NCBI RefSeq assembly: GCF_963921235.1
Contig: NC_086108.1
Location: forward strand, 41,604,001-41,668,000
DNA: 64,000 nucleotides
DNA from: Mobula hypostoma
Taxonomy: Eukaryota
Direction of reading: 5' to 3'
Part shown: positions 51,376-64,000 of the stretch, piece by piece
Layout of the letters: the number at the start of each line of letters is the position of its first letter
How positions within the stretch are numbered: position 1 is the stretch's first letter
Made by a program: the position numbers and the translations under genes
The notes under the pieces: model-generated
What the model was told of the DNA's origin: nothing
The model's database searches: none
The model's input: only the letters and a program-made list of their open reading frames with translations

Positions 51376-51583
51376 CAACAGGAATTCTGCAGATGCTGGA
51401 AATTCAAGCAACACACATCAAAGTTGCTGGTGAACGCAGCAGGCCAGGCAGCATCTCTAGGAAGAGGTACAGTCGACGTTTCAGGCCAAGGTCCTTCGTC
51501 CTGAAGAAGGGTCTCGGCCTGAAACATCAACTGTACCTCTTCCTAGAGATGCTGCCTGGCCTACTGTGTTCACCAGCAACTTT
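51376..51583. mobile_element. Second fold-back Penelope family A pseudo-LTR insert
   Basis: Arms inverted about ...CTTCGTC-CTGAAGAAGGG (about 51494-51511); 14-bp duplication GATATTTACAATAA (51362-51375, 51584-51597). Confidence 0.88.
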
Positions 51584-54500
51584 GATATTTACAATAATAT
51601 GGGAAAGGCCACAGTTTTTTCCCCTCCACCATCAGATTTTTGAATGGACCATGAAACCATGAACACTACCTCACATTTTGCTCCCTTTTGGCTCTACTTA
51701 TTTTTTATATTTTTTATTGCAACTTATAGTAATTTTTTAGGTATTGCACTGTACTGCTGCCAAAAAACAACAAATTTTATGACATATCAGTGATAATGAA
51801 CCTGATTCTGAACTACTGGAAGATGCAAGCCAAGCTACTGGTCGTTAAGGGACTGCAAAAGAAGGCAGGTGACTATCCATAATTGCCTCTTTGCAGATCC
51901 CATGTACAAGGCAATACTACTCTGTCAGAGCGGAGAATGCAGGTCCTGCTCTGTTGGTAGGGCTCCTTATGAATTGCCCGTGATGCAGAAGAAATTCCCA
52001 GGATGATTAGTGGATCTCTCATTTTTTCATGTTTGATTAACGAAGAGAAGCTGAATATCCTTATCCTTGCTGAGCAATTCATTGCACTAACTGGCCTGGA
52101 TATGGAATTAACTGAAGTGCTGTGTTTGAGAGTGTTTGCTCTTAGCAGGGAGGCAATTATCGCTCTGTGCATTATTCAACAGGTAGGTATGCAGAAAATT
52201 ACAGATGTCAGCAACAAGACGCAGTGTATATGTTTTATAGGCTCACTTCTATCATCCTCACTAAAACCAAGGTTATGTTACCAAGCTCCTTAAGAATGTT
52301 TTGCTGATCCGTAAATGATTGCCTGCTTTATAACATTTCATGGATGAGAATGTTGTGGATAAAATAACTTCTCACTCTGGTTGCTTCCATTTAATGGGGA
52401 TGTTATTGGGATAAGTAGGGCTCTACTGTTACTTGAACAAATGCAGGAGGTATGTGCTAGGTTCACCTCTGTGCTGCTAAATGGTGCAACTTCTTTCATA
52501 TAGCACATGGAAAGCCAACAGAAGATTTGTACAGGCTTCCAGAAAAATTAACATCTGTAAAGCTAAAATGAAAAGTTGGCCAAAAGCTTTACTCTTTGTT
52601 CATCCACTTTCCTCAGAAGAATATGGACATCCGCATTGTTTACATGTGGAAGTTTTATAGGCACCATGCTATGTTTGATAAAGGCCACAGAGGATTAGTG
52701 CGTTAAAGTATCGAACATTCAGTGAGGTATTGCAATTGTGAATCCCAGACCTCATACATGTATAAATGTGTTGTGTGTAAAGTCCAGCCTTGCCTCTGTT
52801 ATCCCTTGACAAAGTGGAAGTTCTCAAAGTGACAGGTTCCAAGCTTTGCATAAGAACACGAGAAGTAGGAGCAGAAGTTAACCATCAAGCTTCCAAACTT
52901 GTTCCAATGTCTGTCAAACTTGTGCAAAATCTTCTGCCTCAGTGCCTTTTTCCAGCACTAACAATTTCCTTAACATCAAAACTTTGGTCTGAGGTTATTG
53001 TTCTGACCTGACAGAAAGAAAATAAAATCCCCTTTCATGAAGCTGTTTAAAATGCACACTGAGAGCTGACCAATATTAATCAAGGAGACAAACTCATTTG
53101 TTTCAAAGGAATGCAATACACCAACATGGTTGGTCTCAGGAATGGAAAATAAATTCAGTTAAGACCACATATCAGAGAAATTGTTAATATTGATTGTGAC
53201 ATTCTCAGAATTAGATTGTGTGAAAAGACTTTGTAATAGCAAGTCATATTCCTCCCTGTGGATAATTGTAGAATTATTATCCATTTAGTGTGGCAAGGCT
53301 GCGGTTCTAATACTACAATACAAACTACATGGTTTTGTCGTGAGCTTTGAGGGCACAGCATGTTGATAGAGCAAATTATATTTTTTGGATGATTTAATCT
53401 TAACCACTTTTTAGACAAAATCTACCCAGAATTAAATAATGGTCAGATTTGTTGGTTCAACAGTTATTTCATAGCATGTGTTATTCAAATACGATTTTTT
53501 TCAAATGTCCAGTTTTTGGAGTTTGCTTTGACTATGCTTGCAAATTATTGAGGCCGTGATCTGCAGTGGAATGACATTTGGGGCAAAGGACAGTGAGTAA
53601 TGCATTGATGCTGCCAACAAACGCTTCTGGGTGGTCATCTGGTGTGAACTTGGGAGAAGGTTGGCACAATCAATCAACATGAGGATGGTAGGATGAACTA
53701 TTAGAGGTGATTACTGGTAGGAAAGTGTAAAACATTATATTTGAGGCCTGTTTGAAATGCGAATAATAGACAGAATTACTTATATGTGAATGTTTTATAT
53801 TAACATTGGGAGAGAAAAATTAGTTGATTTGAGCATGCAATCCAAATCAATATGCAGTACACATGAGCTACACAGTTATTTTCATATGGCAACCATCTAT
53901 CAAAATGGAAAGGCACAGAACCTTTGGTTTGAAAGAAACATATTTGCCTTACTACGTGACTTTGCAAATCACACACTGGTTGCATGCGAACAATATACTG
54001 TACTCGTGAAATGAGCTGGGAAAATCCGATCAGATGACATCTTTGACCTTGTTTTAGTTCCTGGTCAGGGAAGCTAAAAGTAAATGCAAGTTAATAGAGT
54101 TTTAATCCAGTACATGCGCAGCTTTAATGGGTAAAACAGTTAGGGCTTGTGTTAATGGAACTTGGCAGAGGAGATAAGCGACGATTTGTCACTGGCTGCA
54201 TTTGACTGGGTGCCTGTAAAATGAAGTGCCAATAAAGAGGAGTTTAGACATTACTTGACCCATGTTCTCTTTACTCAGCAGCTTGTCTTTACACTGAACA
54301 CAATCTGAAACAAGCACCAAGTGACTGGCACCACATTACAATCACTGTCAAGCCTTAGATAAATGTAGTTCATTTAAAAATGAAGGGTTTATCAATGGGC
54401 AAATAATTGCTGAGCACTATTGATTCCCTGCATCTCACTCAGCCTGGGACATCAGGGTTTGCTGAAATGGTAAACATTTAATCAGCATGCATGTCAAACA

Positions 54501-57004
54501 ATGGACTCCATTCAACTGCCGCAAACCAGTGTAAAGAAAGACCAAGATAGTTTAAACACCACCATGACCTGACCTGACAATACATATTTAATCTACTCTG
54601 TCTACATGTTATATGGTGCAGCAGAGGATATGTTTTTTGCTTTTCCTGCCTGATAACAGAAGCTTTAGCAAACTGACAGTGTTGTCTTGTGGATTGTTTC
54701 AAAGACATTCTACACAAAGCTTGATGATATTTACTGAACACAAATGGGGGTGGGGGGAAGGGCTGATAATATTTGCAGAGTCTTGACACGGCTTGATGTC
54801 CCAAACCAACCAAAAGGTCAGGCCATTGTAATTGTAAATCTGAGTGCCCTAGCCCCTGCATCGTGTCACCACTTAGTGTGGCTTCTGATGTATAGCGTGT
54901 CCAAGCATTTTTCTATACCTTGTAGACTCAGGTCATAGTACACTGTAAATCCGAACATTGTATAAAGTATGCTGAGAGATTATCCTGGAGCAAATATAAA
55001 GATAATAGCTAATTAAAACAATAATTGAATATTGGCACATTGCATTTTAAATTCTGTTCAGTTAGAACTCAAGATCGTCTCAGCCACAAGATAGACTGTG
55101 GCTGTTAATATTTGTGGAACACAAGGTTGGTACATATTCCAGTTTTGTTTTTCATTGACATTAGAGCATTAAGCCCTGTTTGAGCCCTGCGAGAAGTGAT
55201 GCAAGTATGCACCAAACTAAATAGCAAAGAGGTGAAAGTTTCCTCTGCTACAAGGTCTAGTAGAAGGATTTTTCTGCCACAAGGTCTAGTACACATTGTA
55301 GGTAGTTTTCCAAATAGATGGTTTACAATTTCATTACCCACTTTGCACAGATGGAATATTCACTCACACATTTAGAAATAAAATTTATCCATTTCTTGTT
55401 GAAATTATTATTGTTTCCAGTCACAGAGGCAAACACGACTAATGTTTTTGAGGAAAATGCCACAGAAATGATATTGATAAATGAGCAATCAGTTATCAAG
55501 TCAGATTACCTCTCACTGAAAAGAGCAGTTCTGCTGGCTGGAATGACAATTAATGCAACTTTATATTGTTATTCTAACACGGATAACCCTGGCAGTTGTA
55601 ATTATGTAGACCAACATTAGAGCTGAGTACAATTCTTACACAAAGCATTCATATTAAAGAGCAATGAATTTTCAAAGAATACCATTGAACATTGATTAAA
55701 AGCAGCATAATTCATATCCACTAATGGCTTAAATCTGCCTAGATTAGCAACAAGATGACCATCAGAATCAGGTTTATTACCTTATTATATGACACGAAAT
55801 CCATTGTTTTGCAGCAGCAATACAGTGCAAAGGCATAAAATTGCTAAAAATTACAAAATAAATAAATAGTGTTAAAAAGGAATAATGAGGTAGTGTTTCT
55901 ATTGAATTCCCAGAAATAATAACCTAATTAACCACAAATACTATCAGCTGTCAAAATTGATGTTCATTTCTTTATAATGTGCATACAAGGGAGTCTGTGG
56001 TTACATACTCCAGAGACAAGAGAACACTGTTTGCAAATTACCATTTCTTAAATATATGAAATAATTTTAAATTCTGTAAAGATTGATTAACATTCAGTAG
56101 CTGTGACGGTTCGATATTTACACCTCTGAGAGTTGGCAGAAGCACATTATGGTGCATAAAACTGCTGGTACGTCTTAATTAACTGCAAGATAATAGGAGT
56201 TTTTTTTCTAGTAAGCAAAGCAGTTTGGCAGTTCATGTATATAAGTCATTTCCAAGTTCAGAGTTTAAGATTAATCAATATGGACACAAGAAAGAAAGCT
56301 GGTCCATGCTGGGAACTGTGAGCACTGGACTGTTTGAGGTGTGACAAGCAAGAGAATCTGAGACACTTAAAATAAAATCAAGGGAAAACTTATGAAAAAA
56401 GAAACATTAGGTAAGAAACACCATAACAGTCAATGGATTTTAACCTTTAACAAGGTTTGCACTCATATGGAGAGCCAGTAGAAAGCTGACAATGATGATA
56501 CGTTACAAAAACTGAGTACAGTCAATAAAAGACTGCCTTCACTCACAAAATATGCCGAAGCAGTTACTTCTGTGGTAAATAGTTTCAAATGTGTAAATGC
56601 CTAGTAATGAATAAGATTCAGGGCAGTAACTATTTCCATGATTGATGAAAGGAAGTGTTGCATCCTGCAGGTCTTATTATTTTGGCACTTAATGCTTTTC
56701 TGCTGATTAATTCTTGATCTGACCAGAAGTTAAATAGATGCTCCTACTGTGCAACCACCCAACCAGTTGACATGCTGTTATATTATTTTCCTTCAGTTTC
56801 ACTGAAAAATAGCCGCAAGTATTTTCTCTGTGGGATCCTCAGTCCAGGAGGCAGCGAAAGAAAAGATATCAAGCCAGAAATGAGACAAGCTACAAATTGG
56901 CAGTTAGATGTTGGTGAAGAGCTGATTACTACAGTTCCATGCAGATAAATTTTGTGCAGAATTTGCCAGACCGGGCATCTTGGATAGATCTAATAAAAGG
57001 AGCT

Positions 57005-57110
57005 TCAGATGAATAGTCTATTGACCTGAAACGTTAACCCTGTTTCTGTACGTGGATATTTACATAGATATTATCTGACCTGCTAAGTATTTCCAGCACT
57101 TTCTGTTTCA
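57005..57110 (+). mobile_element. Old Penelope-derived pseudo-LTR with degenerate hammerhead
   Basis: cagatgaa...ttgacctgaaacgttaac...ctgacctgctaagtatttccagcac; core reads CAGAUGA instead of CUGAUGA. Confidence 0.55.
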
Positions 57111-59674
57111 TCTGCAACATGCCCTGTTTATTTAACTTCGTCACCCTTCAACACAAAATTACTTAATGATGCAAATTATGGGAAATAGCTGCTGAAGGCA
57201 ACAGATAATTGGAAACTTGGTGATGACAGGGCAAAATTTATGATTTGAGGACAACATGGAGGACAGCAAATAAGAACAGCAGGTTCTGAAAAAGAATTAC
57301 AGGTTGAAGCGAACTAAAATATCATTCAGTGTTATCAACCTTGAATAAAGACATAAATTCAAGATTGTTTATTGTCGATCTTCAGTACATGAGTGTAAAG
57401 GAGAATAAAATGATTGTTACTCCAGATCTGGTGCAGCATAAAAAACACAATAATTATAAATATAAAAGCATACATACATTTATAGTGTGTGTATGTGTGT
57501 GTGTGTATATATATAGGATTCCTTGTATATACATAATATTAAATTATATACATGGATGTACACAAAGTGTCGCTAGGTGCAGAAATATCTGAACATAAGG
57601 TGACTCTGATAGAGTTTTGCGGCATCTCTGATAAAGGGAGATACTGTAGTATGGTAACATGCTGTTCACCCCGCTGAGTTCAGGTGAACATCAAGCACCC
57701 ATTTTTCTCCATATGTATATTCGATACAGGAGCAGCTTAAGGCCTAGTTCTTCCAGAACACATTCCCTTTCTAACCCCAAGAGATCTAAGCATTATCGAT
57801 TAATAGCTCCACATATGATTAGTTCCTAGTTATTGCTGAAGTCAGATAAGTAGAGAGATTGAAAATAAAGTTGTAGAGAAGAAATATCATATGTGGAAGA
57901 CAGTCAGCAGTCATCTTAGAAAAGTCATGTTTCTCAGAAAATTGTTTAATGTATTCCCAGTTAGCAAGAGAGCCATAAATTCATATTAAAGAGCATCATG
58001 TTTAAAGCGATGAATGTTTGATAACTATTTCAAGTAATCCATAAATATTAACAGTGGGTAGACATTTTTCATTCACTCCCCATCATTTTCAGTCAGGGTA
58101 CCATTGTTAGCTTCCATCAGTTTTTTGTTTGAAAAGAACTTCAGCTATCAATCAAGGTGCTGCAGCCATTGTATTTCAGCTGTGGAATGGAGGAGATGGA
58201 AGGAGTAAGTTTTGTTTCACAGCAGAAGCTTGGTGTAGTACGTAGAAATTAAATAGCTCTGCTGGTTGTTCACTGTAAGCAGCTGCAAAGGGAATCTCCA
58301 GCTTCACAAGTTCTTAGCAGTCAATTCCTTCAGAAGTTGACAAGATAGCAGTTTAAGTTGGTATTGAAGGTACCGTGGAAGGAACTGTTCTGGTGGAAGA
58401 TTTTGAAGATATCGCTGAGAAGGTACAGTGGTACATGCTTGTCTTTCCTAAATTAGGAAGAACTGCTGGCAATTATGCTGTGATATTAATGATCTCAAAA
58501 GGGGCATTTCAAAGTCCATTATGTACTTTGGCTACCAGATGCTTGAAGACATTTCAGATAGCAATAGTAGATGCAAAATTTGATATTGCATATCAATAGA
58601 AGCTGAAGAGTTCATCAAGAAACCAAACTGATAATAACCTTTTCATACTGCCTCGTTTAGTATTAAGGTAAGCTTTATAAGCTTGCATTTTACTGGAGTT
58701 TATCTAGACACCTTGAATGATATGGCATTGAAAGCCACATGGTAGGCATATTACCTGCTTGTTCAAATAAAACAAATTCTTTAATAGAAGGTAAAGGTAC
58801 TAACATTTATGCTTTACCGGCATAGTGGAAACTAATGGACATATATTTGATTATTGCAGAACACTATTCAAATTGCAGTAACAAATTTGTTCACGTATGT
58901 TGATTAGAAAGTCAGAAAAAGGAATGCTGGTTAATAGTCATAGGCTGTGATCACAAAGAATATATTGATTTCTCAGATATTCTTTCTTGTTGATCCATCG
59001 TGTATCAATGTTAGAACCCAGAGCAGACAAATCAATATCTACCATCAGCACTGGACATTTAGACAAAGGGGAGGATATCATTGTTCTATCAGACTCGCTG
59101 TTTAATGAGCACCGAAGAGTAAAGAGTGTAAAAGCATAAAGTGATCTAATGGATGTTTACCAGTCTCTACTCTCAGCCTCCAAAAGTTTTCCAATCATTC
59201 CTGATTCGCACATGGATGTCTCTTTTGTTTGTCTCAAAATGTAGTTCTTGAGGGTTTGTTCCTTAAATTTCAGTGGGAAGCTTTCCCCACCCATTGGAAA
59301 TTTGGGTCAACCTTTTCCAATCATTGAAATTACTATTAAGTAAACTTGACTTCTACTCACTTCTCTATTTTACATGCCCACTTAAGGCAAATAAAGCTTT
59401 CTCTTGAAGCACCACATGCAATCGCAGCTTCCTGATATAAATTTCCACCATCCGTGATGTTCACAACTCCACTGTACTCCTTATGTCTCTCTTTTGATTC
59501 TTTGACCGTCTATTCACTATTTATCTAGCCAAACTCTTAAAACTGAAGACATCCAATTTAGCCACACAGATTTTGTGCCTTAACATGTACTCCAAAACTT
59601 TCCTTAGCCATGATCAGAGACTGCACCCCCATACTATTTGAAAGCCCGCCTGATGTTGCCCCAAGTTGAGGGCT

Positions 59675-60005
59675 GTTTGAGTGCTGTCACAACAACCTCA
59701 CACTCAATTTCAGAAAAGTGAAGGATTGTGGACTTCAGCGTAGGTAAGTCTGGAGAATACATTCCTGTCATCATCAAGAAGTCAGTGCTGGAAAAGGTGA
59801 GCAGTTTCAAGTTCCTGAGGGACAACATTTCAGTGGATTTCCACCATCTGATTCTTGAACAGTCCACAAACACTACATCTTTATAGTGCCTTTTATACTA
59901 TTTATTTATTTTTGTAATTTACAATATATGTCATATCTTAGACTATACTGCTGCTGGAAAACAAATTTCTCAACTTATGTGAGTGAAAGTAAACCTAATT
60001 CTGAT
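59675..60005 (+). mobile_element. Decayed Rex1/Babar-like fragment
   Basis: attgtggacttcag (IVDF), gtgagcagtttcaagttcctg (VSSFKFL), tail gaaagtaaacctaattctgatt. Confidence 0.55.
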
Positions 60006-60659
60006 TGTCTGTCCAAGACAAAGATCAACCATTTGCACTTCAGGGACATTATCCAGTTCTGTGCAATATTTTAACTCTTCTGCTGATGAAATGCATTGTT
60101 CCACTTTCAAACTTGAGCTTTCCACTGCATCCCTGGCTGGAATCCCATCACCCACTTTCTATTACTCTGAGTTCAACCAAAGCCCTAAAGTTTTGTATTC
60201 AATCGCTTAAGTGCATTATCCTTACATTTATAGTTTCCAGCCTCCACCTGTCCCCCAATCATACAACACTTTAATAATCATCTTTCTGTTCAAATTCCTC
60301 CAAACCTTCAGTTTTCTTTCACTTTGAAGCTGCATATACAATTCTACCCACTTCGGACAACATTAGAGGAGGTAAAGACTCTATAAGTCTTTTTTATCTC
60401 CCTTTCAATTATCATGGCTAAATTGGGTATAAGTACATGTCCATCTTTTGCCCCATATACCTCAACAGCCTTAAGTTGAAAAGAAATAACATTTGACAAA
60501 GTCAGAGCTTATTTTCCGTGCTTAATTGTCTGTTAGAGGTGGTGTTAAGTAAAATCCTGAACTGTTGCAGTATGTGTAGTGAAGTTCCTCCTACTGCGTT
60601 GTTTAATCAGAAGTTCGAGAATTTTCAGCAGTGAGAATGGGCTGGGATCTCTAAGGAAG

Positions 60660-60684
60660 TCTCTCTCTCTCTCTCTCTCTCTCT
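60660..60684. repeat. (CT)n microsatellite at the end of the adjacent element
   Basis: tctctctctctctctctctctctct. Confidence 0.9.
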
Positions 60685-61146
60685 GGCTATCCAGCCCATA
60701 GGATGATGATGGTTCCTTTCAGTCAGTTATCGGGGTGGTACCCCACTCCTCAGAAAGGAACAGCGTGTGCGTGAATAGATTTTAGGTGAGTAGGGGGTTG
60801 CACAGGTCCAGTCCCACCCTCTCGACATCCCCTCCCGGATCCGGCGGCATGGTGGGGTCCAAGACAGCTGGGGGTAGTTCTGTTGCAGTGAGTGGCCAGA
60901 CCAAGCTACGATGCAAGGAATGCCCTTTCCGCGCTTCACAGTACGTGTTTGCTAGTTGAGAACCCTCACTATGCGAGGGTTCATCTGCCCTTTGACAGGT
61001 CTTGTTTTTTGTCCTGCAGGGTGTCAAGCCACACATCCTCACCAGGCAATCCAGGTGGGGGAGCCAGTTTAGTCGCCGACCACCCGACCATGCAACAGGT
61101 AGTACTGGGTTACATGGTACCAGTAGCACTCAGACGAGTGACCTGA
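60685..61146 (-). mobile_element. GC-rich non-autonomous element, probably RTE-derived
   Basis: GC-rich island ending in a (GA)n tail on the minus strand; shares motifs with 19980-20540. Family assignment is tentative. Confidence 0.45.
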
Positions 61147-62270
61147 TCTGAGGAAGTAAATCAGAGATAAACTTGTGAGGATACCTGCTTCCCTTGCTCT
61201 CCCAAGATAATGAGATCACAAATCCGTGTGAGTGCTGTGGAAGGTCCCTTGGTGAATGACTACAGTATAACTGGTGGTTAGTAGATAACGGTGTTGCTCA
61301 ACATCTGTGGTGGAGTAAGGGCAACGTTCAGGATGATGGATAGGGATGGACCATTTTATCCTGGATAGTTATGCTTCTTGTTGTAGCTGCCCTCAGCCAG
61401 GCAGGTGACAAAAATTCCATCCCACACCTGACCTGAGCCTTATATATGGTGAAGGGGGTTTGCGGAGACAGGAGGTGGGAAATTTCCCACTGGATGAACA
61501 GCCTCTGATAGGCTCAATTGAGTTGACAATTAACAGCGAACCACACCCTGCCTGGGATACTGATTTCAGTGATGTTGAAGATCAAGAGGAGGTCGTGTAG
61601 TCTCTGATATTGGAGAAGATAAATGGTTGACATCTATGTAGTAGAAATGTTAACTGTTCCAAATCAGACAAGCTTGTATATTGTCCAGGTCCTCCTGTAT
61701 GTGTGCACTGATTACTTCATTTTTTGAAGATCTACAACTAGATTTATTGAGTGTGTATCCATAACCCCACCCTTCACTGTGATGGATAGGTATGATACAC
61801 GACCTGAAGAACTGTGGCACTGAATTTGAAATGATTGGCCTTCAACTACTGTATTTAAGTAGTTTCCACCCAATTTTCTTCAGTTGAATTACCCAATGCT
61901 GCAGTCAAATGTCCCAAGATAATTTCTTGCAATGTTCTAAAATTTATTTCTTTTGTTCGTGTTTGGATTAAGGGTGTAATGAGCTCTGGAGCCGAGTGGT
62001 CTAGGCAAAATGCTGATTTAGTGACAAATTTATTGACAAATCATTGCTGCTTGATAGCATTCTTGGCGGCACCCTATATCAATATACTGATGACAGAGGG
62101 TGGACTGAAATGGTAGTAATTGACCTAATTGGGCTTTTTCTGCCTTTGATACATGTTTCTAGTCATAAAATGCATGTACTTCACTTGTTCTGGAGTAGAG
62201 GCATACTCAGGAGTGCATGTCTTTGGCACTGCAACTGGGATATTGGGCAAACTGCTGGCCTTTATCATGT

Positions 62271-63438
62271 AACAACAGGAATTCTGCAGATGCTGGAAAT
62301 TCAAGCAACATACATCAAAGTTGCTGGTGAACGCAGCAGGCCAGGCAGCATCTGTAGGAAGAGGTACAGTCGACGTTTCAGGCCGAGACCCTTCGTCAGG
62401 ACTAACTGAAGAAAGAGTGAGTAAGGGATTTGAAAGCTGGAGGGGGAGGGGGAGATGCAAAATGCTAGGAGAAGACAGGAGGGGGAGGGATGGAGCCAAG
62501 AGCTGGACAGGTGATTGGCAAAAGGGGATACGAGAGGATCATGGGACAGGAGGTCTGGGAAGAAAGACAAGCCGGGGGGGGGGTGACCCAGAGGATGGGC
62601 AAGAGGTATATTCAGAGGGACAGAGGGAGAAAAAGGAGAGTGAGAGAAAGAATGTGTGCATAAAAATAAATAACAGATGGGGTACAAGGGGGAGGTGGGG
62701 CCTTAGCGGAAGTTAGAGAAGTCGATGTTCATGCCATCAGGTTGGAGGCTACCCAGACGGAATATAAGGTGTTGTTCCTCCAACCTGAGTGTGGCTTCAT
62801 CTTTACAGTAGAGGAGGCCGTGGATAGACATGTCAGAATGGGAATAGGATGTGGAATTAAAATGTGTGGCCACTGGGAGATCCTGCTTTCTCTGGCGGAC
62901 AGAGCGTAGATGTTCAGCAAAGCGGTCTCCCGTCTGCGTCGGGTCTCGCCAATATATAAAAGGCCACATCGGGAGCACCGGACGCAGTATATCACCCCAG
63001 TCGACTCACGGGTGAAGTGTTGCCTCACCTGGAAGGACTGTTTGGGGCCCTGAATGGTGGTAAGGGAGGAAGTGTAAGGGCATGTGCAGCACTTGTTCCG
63101 CTTACACGGATAAGTGCCAGGAGGGGGAGATCAGTGGGGAGGGATGGGGGGGGACGAATGGACAAGGGAGTTGCATAGGGAGCAATCCCTGCGGAATGCA
63201 GGGGGGGGGGAGGGAAAGATGTGCTTAGTGGTGGGATCCCGTTGGAGGTGGCGGAAGTTACGGAGAATAATATGTTGGACCCGGAGGCTGGTGGGGTGGT
63301 AGGTGAGGACCAGGGGAATCCTATTCTTAGTGGGGTGGCGGGAGGATGGAGTGAGAGCAGATGTACGTGAAGTGGGGGAGATGCGTTTAAGAGCAGAGTT
63401 GATAGTGGAGGAAGGGAAGCCCCTTTCTTTAAAAAAGG
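62271..63438 (-). mobile_element. Penelope-like retroelement (family A), 5'-truncated, with GIY-YIG region and 3' pseudo-LTR
   Basis: Minus-strand FFKERGFP...RIPLVLTYHP...VIYCVRCSRCGLLYIGET...EQHLIFRLGSLQPDGMN; near-identical to 31893-32588; flanked by GGCCTTTATCAT (62257-62268, 63439-63450). Confidence 0.92.
62367..62404 (-). ncRNA. Minimal type I hammerhead ribozyme motif (Penelope-associated), core intact
   Basis: Minus strand: UAGUC-CUGACGA-A-GGGU-CUCG-GCCU-GAAAC-GUC/GACUG. Confidence 0.8.
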
Positions 63439-64000
63439 GGCCTTTATCATATGTAGTGTCCCCAATTGTTTTTTGAGGCAAAGTGAAAGAAAAGGGCTAA
63501 TGGTTCATCCTCAGGATGAGCCTAAGGTGAATTAGCCATTTGGCATTTCTGGCTGAAGATGATTCTGACTACTTTGCATTTGGCACTTGACAGCATGTGC
63601 AATGCTCCACTATCATTAACAATAAGAATATTCTTAAAGCTAATCTGTTGTTTTGATAATTATTAGATTATCTAAATTTCAGGGCATATAAACCTAGTTT
63701 AGATATTCCTCTTATTAATTTAACCTTTCAATTCCAGATATCTACCTATCCATATGTCTTGAGCAAAACTCAATATGTAGCTTTCTATCCAACCAACCAA
63801 ATCTTCTGTAAGTAGGATGAAAAACTAAGGGTCCAGCACAAACATTTATTTGAAGCAACTGGTCACACTGTGCCACATAGAACACCTGCTCATGGTTGTT
63901 TAATATCTGCTAATAATCCCTGATGAGGGACTTTAACAGATGACTTCTGGAAGCTCATGAAAGCAACTTCCATTGACATTACATGGTCCATGCCTTTATC

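Noticed and set aside
50837..51583. CRISPR-like array or terminators suggested by repeated palindromes
   Set aside because: Eukaryotic intron with no regular repeat-spacer period; explained by Penelope pseudo-LTR fold-backs.

Overview
This is repeat-rich, AT-rich eukaryotic DNA from a vertebrate. The HE1-type SINEs, CR1 LINEs and Penelope families point to a cartilaginous fish, probably a ray (inference). The window lies inside the nuclear receptor gene NR5A2 (LRH-1) on the + strand. Only two coding exons of the ligand-binding domain are present: 18154-18273 (120 bp) and 34724-34871 (148 bp), separated by a 16,450-bp GT-AG intron. I could not find the preceding or terminal exons, so both flanking introns run past the window edges. 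Almost all other ORFs in the track are transposon remnants or chance ORFs. The introns hold CR1 and Rex1/Babar-like LINE fragments, tRNA-derived SINEs, RTE-related elements, a decayed hAT (Charlie/Buster) transposon with TIRs and TSD, Tc1 and Tigger-like elements, and two families of Penelope-like elements. The main observations are: (i) Penelope-derived minimal hammerhead ribozymes, plus small fold-back inserts whose inversion point recurs at the same GTC-CT-GAC site of the ribozyme in three separate insertions; (ii) a Trp where human LRH-1 has Gly398; (iii) young, oppositely oriented repeat pairs bracketing the two exons; (iv) an isolated pre-miRNA-sized hairpin. All family assignments come from reading motifs by eye; no database search was run.
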